Assembly (NCBI GenBank): GCA_002269645.1 | Contig: NIVC01003826.1 | Span: 1 to 64,000, forward strand | Direction of reading: 5' to 3' | DNA from: Macrostomum lignano | Lineage: Eukaryota | DNA: 64,000 nucleotides | Shown here: positions 59,729 to 64,000 of the stretch, piece by piece | Numbering within the stretch: position 1 is the first letter of the stretch | Layout of the letters: every line of letters begins with the position of its first letter | Made by a program: the position numbers and the translations under genes | The notes under the pieces: model-generated | The model's database searches: none | What the model was told of the DNA's origin: nothing | What the model saw: the letters and a program-made list of their open reading frames with translations, nothing else

Positions 59729-60296
59729 CTAATTTATTTGATGACTTTCAATCGCTCTCTCCATTGCCACATTTGTTTGCAATTGATCGATCGTCTTGGA
59801 TGTTATCGCACGACACTCTGGACATGTTATACTATTTTCTGCCGCATTGTACAAAGTTTGGACACATCTCAAGCAGAACGAATGCGGGCAGTCCAGCTTC
59901 CTAGAAGGCGAAAGCCAGTTGTAGCACACTGGGCATTCGCATCCACGCGGGATGTTTTCCCTCTCGCGGCTCTCCAACTCCTTCTCTTTAATTTGAATCT
60001 TTTCCTTTAGGTCTTTAACCACCTTCAAATAGTAATAAATGAAACAATGCCATGATTAATGATAAAAAAGTACCCAGAAATACACAGAAAACACAAATTT
60101 CGAGTCTTACCTGCACTGATTTAAAAAATTCCGTATTTCTCTGAAGTGAACTTTCATTCCACACTATATATATAGTCTCTAGCGGACAGGTTTTGAGGTC
60201 GCTATCAGCGTGCAACGCGGTTGTCACATTTTGTGCAGTCCGTAGTTTTGACTTAAGATTTTGCAGTCGCCGTTTATCAGTAGCAGTTGAGGGCAT
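59729..60296 (-). CDS. Spliced coiled-coil + C3HC4 RING finger protein (putative E3 ligase); exons 60296-60111 and 60022-59729
   Basis: Donor CAG|GTAAGA, acceptor TTTGAAG|GTG, 88-nt phase-0 intron, 159 aa. RING motif CPVC...CPHSFCLRC...CPEC. Confidence 0.82.
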
Positions 60297-60563
60297 ATGT
60301 GGGGAGAAGCAGCCCGAGTGTTTCTGTGTTTGCTTAAATATAGCTAGCCGTAGAAAATTCTAGAAAATTCCAGACTGTACAATCTTGGAGTCAAGCAGGG
60401 AAAACAATCGATATAGCTCAGTGTACGATAGAGCATGAGGCGTGTGAATGTGAGGGGTGAGACTTCTCTATAGACAAAGCATAGGGTGAGGAGGCGAGGA
60501 GCATGAAGGAGAAGCATGGTGGAAAGAGAGATTGTAGCCGAAACCAGTGTGCTCAAGACTGTA

Positions 60564-60691
60564 CACTTGTGTGGAGAAAAGCGAAGCGAAGGCCAAAAGG
60601 CCAGTTTGCGATAAAATTTGGCCTTACTCGAGGCCAAAATCCTTTGCGTTCTGGCCTTTTGGCCTTCGCTTCTTTTCGCTCCACACAAGTG
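60564..60691. other. 128-nt imperfect palindrome / long hairpin
   Basis: CACTTGTGTGGAG..GAAGCGAAGGCCAAAAGGCCAG pairs with CTGGCCTTTTGGCCTTCGCTTC..CTCCACACAAGTG; inner stem TTGGCCT/AGGCCAA. Confidence 0.9.
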
Positions 60692-60700
60692 GAGAGAGAA

Positions 60701-61150
60701 TCATTCTGCTCTCTCAACCCCCAGCTCTTTCAACAGTCTTCCTAGTTCTTGACTTGGCGCGTGCAATGCAAAACCCACCCCACCTTCGCCTTGAACCCCC
60801 AACCCCAGTTTTGTCTTACTAAAAATAACAGCTTTAACTAGCTTCCGAGCGATCGACTCACGAAATCCGCTTGAAGCCCCTATATTGTCTAGTCTCTTAA
60901 GCATTTCTTTGTCCCAACGATTCTTCTCCTCAGGAAAATCTCTATATTTAACGTCATGCCACATGCAGACAGAGTCTAGCTCGTTCACAGGCTCATGCCC
61001 AGGATTTGGGTTGTTGTTTCCATCCAGCTGTATTTCAAGAGGATTCAAAGGCCCGCAATATTTATAGCCGGGAAGTGTCCAGCCTTTGTTTGGATGAGGA
61101 AGCTTTTCTATCAGTCCATGTGAATCTATTTTACCACCAGAGCGCTGCAT
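60701..61150 (-). CDS. Parvovirus VP1u-type phospholipase A2 domain protein
   Basis: From ATG 61150: TLPGYKYCGPLN (Ca-binding loop YxGP) and ELDSVCMWHDVKY (HD..Y catalytic motif). Confidence 0.88.
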   Translation of the reverse strand: MQRSGGKIDSHGLIEKLPHPNKGWTLPGYKYCGPLNPLEIQLDGNNNPNPGHEPVNELDSVCMWHDVKYRDFPEEKNRWDKEMLKRLDNIGASSGFRESIARKLVKAVIFSKTKLGLGVQGEGGVGFALHAPSQELGRLLKELGVERAE

Positions 61151-61180
61151 TATTTTATTTAAAATTTTCTTTTTAAATAA

Positions 61181-62218
61181 ATGACAGATCAGAAACTTAA
61201 AAAACTCTACTACAGCGACAAAGGATTCTTTGTAGGCAAAAATGCTGTTAGTAAACTCATGGAGCTGAGTAAAGAGCCAAAAGCTACAGTAGAAAAATGG
61301 CTCTCTAAGCAGGCTGTCTTTCAAGTCTATTTCCCACCAGTAAAATTTGAAAGGCCCCATTTCAGTATTTATAAACCTAATGAAGCGCACCAAGCAGATC
61401 TTTTGTTTCTCCCCAACGACTCAGGCTACAAGTATGCTCTTACAATTATTGACATTGCTTCCAGATATAAGGAAGCTCGCCCACTCAAGACGAAGAAGTC
61501 AGAGGTTGTTGCCAGCGCACTGCAAGATATTTATAAAAACTCTCCGCTCACATACCCCCAAATCTTTATGACCGACCCGGGTAAGGAATTCATGGGTGTA
61601 GTGAAATCCCTTATGGAAAAGAAAAACACAGAGATTCGCTATGGCAGAACAAACTTGCACAGAGACCAGGCTTTTGTGGAAAGATTCAATCTAACTCTAG
61701 CCAAGAGACTATTCACTAAGCAGACAGCGCAAGAACTCAAACTGAGTGCGGGGCAGTACTATACCAAGTGGACAGAAAGACTCCCCACTGTTATAGAGCA
61801 ACTGAACAATGAAGTCACACGCATGACTGGATTGAAACCATCCCATGCAATTAAACAAGACACTGTCGAACTTAAGGCATCTCATAGAACAGACAACAAC
61901 ACGACAACCCCACACAACACGCACAACACAAAACACACCTCGAACTACCCTAAGCTTCCAGGAGTTGAATCACCATACATACTGACAAACTCTGAGTTTC
62001 TACGCTTTTTATATCTACCTGGAGAGCTAGAGAAAGACACCAAAAGAAGAGCTACAGATCCATACTTCAGCCTTGATGTGCATAAAATAGACAGACATTT
62101 TACCTCCGACTCCGGTGACTATTACTTTTTATCTCAAGCCTTTAACCCTAAATCCCCCACGCGGTCATTCACTAGAGCTGAACTCCTAGTGATACCAGCT
62201 GACACAGAAATTAATTAA
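61181..62218 (+). CDS. Polinton rve integrase (intact ORF, no chromodomain)
   Basis: WLSKQAVFQVY, HQADLLFLP, TDPGKEF, VERFNLT, C-terminal KRRATDPYFS...RSFTRAELL. Confidence 0.92.
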   Translation: MTDQKLKKLYYSDKGFFVGKNAVSKLMELSKEPKATVEKWLSKQAVFQVYFPPVKFERPHFSIYKPNEAHQADLLFLPNDSGYKYALTIIDIASRYKEARPLKTKKSEVVASALQDIYKNSPLTYPQIFMTDPGKEFMGVVKSLMEKKNTEIRYGRTNLHRDQAFVERFNLTLAKRLFTKQTAQELKLSAGQYYTKWTERLPTVIEQLNNEVTRMTGLKPSHAIKQDTVELKASHRTDNNTTTPHNTHNTKHTSNYPKLPGVESPYILTNSEFLRFLYLPGELEKDTKRRATDPYFSLDVHKIDRHFTSDSGDYYFLSQAFNPKSPTRSFTRAELLVIPADTEIN

Positions 62219-62234
62219 AATATTAAAATAAAAA

Positions 62235-62690
62235 ATGACAAAGATTGAAACTAGAACCATCAATAAACTCAATAAAATCATTGAATCAAAGAAACCAGGT
62301 ATTATATCAATTAAAGGTGTCAAAGTAAAAATCGATCCCACGCAGCAAATAGTTCAGTGTAATGAACAAAGACACAGCATCACAGATGAAAAGTCAGGAG
62401 GAATCCTACCATTAGCAGCTCTTATTCCGATCATTGCAGGCGCTGTAAGTGCCGCAGGTGGTGTAGCTGGAGGTGTAGCAACTGCTGTTAAAGCTGGGAA
62501 TGATAGAGCCCACCAGCTGGAATTGCAAAAGATTGCAAGAGACAAAGGTATAACAATTAAGGCAGGAGATGGTTGCCCTGATTTTGATGATTGTGATGAT
62601 TGTGAGCATGAAAATTCTGTAAGCAAGTCTGACATTGTCAAAGCCATCATGACACTGCACAATGCTGGGTTTACAATAATGCGGATGTGA
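62235..62690 (+). CDS. Small virion-type protein with Gly/Ala hydrophobic helix after a candidate protease site
   Basis: KSGG|ILPLAALIPIIAGAVSAAGGVAGGVATAV. Confidence 0.55.
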   Translation: MTKIETRTINKLNKIIESKKPGIISIKGVKVKIDPTQQIVQCNEQRHSITDEKSGGILPLAALIPIIAGAVSAAGGVAGGVATAVKAGNDRAHQLELQKIARDKGITIKAGDGCPDFDDCDDCEHENSVSKSDIVKAIMTLHNAGFTIMRM

Positions 62691-62812
62691 TGAGGTTTAA
62701 AACCCCACTTTATCCAGCTTCATAAACCTAATACTACTTATAGGATGTAGAAACAGTTCAACTTTTCTATCAGGGTGGTCACCCTCAAAATTTTTTTATA
62801 TTTTCGAGAAAA

Positions 62813-64000
62813 ATGCCAAAAGCTAATCCAGCAAGAGATTTAGTCAACAAATATTTTTCAAAAGGCGTCTCATTTCAAGACAAAAGTAATTCACTAAGAG
62901 AAGCATGCAAACAAAAGTTCAACACCGACCCTGGTCACCTGGGAAGCTATGAAAAACAGTTGGAAATCATCAATCAATTAGAATCAAACCAGTATGCGCC
63001 TATAAAAAATTCTGCAAAGGAACACCAAGAGAGGAGTCGCAACTTAGTTAACAAATATGAAACTCTCACTGGTGAAAAAGCAAAGTACCCACAAAATAAG
63101 CAGGAACAAGAGAAATTAGAGCAATTAATCCATTTAAAAGAGTCGGAGCTTGCCACTGAAGAGATTAATTTTGCACAGACGAAGTTTACAGAACATTACA
63201 TAGAGTACACAATCCCAATTAACGGCACCAACGGTACCACCGCAAATATCTACGACTATAAAGACAGCATCCAATCAGTTGTTGATCACACACTCAAAAC
63301 ACGCAAGACCTTTAAACTACAGATATCATTCAAGATTGCGTTTTATATGCCTGCAAAACCCACTGAGCATCTCGAGTATTACATGACAACAAAGGCAAAG
63401 CCATTCACCCCAACAGACACACTGGATCCTTTCCTTCAAGATGTCAATAAGAAAATTGAAGCGTTTACATCCAGAGGTTCCGGATGGGTCGTGGGAGGGA
63501 TTCAAAGAGCGACTGTCAGGGTCATGAAATATGACCCACTTAAAGCCTCCTCTTATATAGAGCTCCCGCATAAGCTAGCCGGTAAAAAAGCTTGCATAAA
63601 TGTTAAAAATAAAGACAATTGCTGTGCTCTATGGGCAGTTCTTTCTGCACTTTTTAGTGTCCCTCACCACCCCGAAAGAACCTCAAATTATCAAAATTAT
63701 TTTAACTACTATCTCATTGAATGCGAAAAGAAGGGAATCAGGTTTGACAAAGGAGGCTTGGCATCTCTCAATCCCAAAGCTAGAAGAAGTGTTTAATAAC
63801 AAAATTAGAATCACAGTCTTTGAGTGGAGTGAGAAAACTGAGAAAGTTCAACCGGTCAGATGTAGCAAAGACGTTTTAGATCCGAGGGGAAAAGGCGGAC
63901 TGAAGTGGATCTTCTAGTGATTGGTAATTTACTAGAGGAGGCTCACTATGTTTGGATTAAAGATCTTTCAAGACTCATACACAAGCAGTTGAATAATCAT
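62813..64000 (+). CDS. N-terminal part of pPolB of Polinton 2; frameshifted; truncated by the window end
   Basis: IEAFTSRGSGWVV...SSYIELP...KKACINVKNKDNCCALWAV and HYVWIKDLSRL, homologous to NGSGWMV...KKAIINPP..NNCFLFAC in the element 1 pPolB. Confidence 0.85.

Larger units (their letters stand above)
56322..64000. mobile_element. Second, divergent Polinton/Maverick; runs off the window; left boundary tentative
   Basis: Integrase, parvo-type PLA2, small hydrophobic protein and pPolB N-terminus in 59.7-64 kb. AGTAGAAGG at 56322 resembles the element 1 terminus AGTAGTAGG. Confidence 0.75.

Noticed and set aside
61151-61393. N-terminal extension of the PLA2 ORF in the track
   Set aside because: Antisense overlap with the integrase from a non-ATG start; ATG 61150 is the likelier start.

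Overview
Eukaryotic, animal-like genomic DNA dominated by virus-like and mobile elements. The GC-rich exons and minisatellite-filled introns resemble a free-living flatworm such as Macrostomum; that is inference only. (1) 2-16196: a complete Polinton/Maverick (adintovirus-type) with both ~134-bp TIRs (AGTAGT...ACTACT). It has integrase, minor and major capsid, adenain protease, packaging ATPase, PW/PZ-like genes and pPolB. Its unusual cargo is a two-repeat TATA-binding-protein-like gene, a tandem PC4-like gene, a DEDD-like gene and an orphan ORF. Many genes carry 1-nt frameshifts. (2) 16.5-33.9 kb: tandem repeats, a tRNA-derived SINE and two spliced minus-strand host genes (ZIP metal transporter; DNAJA3/Tid1), each intron holding a different minisatellite. 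(3) 34624-44834: a full-length Ty3/gypsy element with ~1.1-kb LTRs, CTAG TSD, a -1 slippery site, a repeat spacer in pol and an extra 3' ORF. (4) 45-56 kb: two MITEs, an internally deleted NCS-type EF-hand gene and a compact kinase gene. (5) ~56.3 kb to the window end: an 82-bp array followed by a second, divergent Polinton. It carries a spliced coiled-coil/RING gene bracketed by an inverted repeat, a 128-nt hairpin, a parvovirus-type PLA2, an integrase and the start of pPolB. All calls come from motif recognition by eye; no database searches were run.
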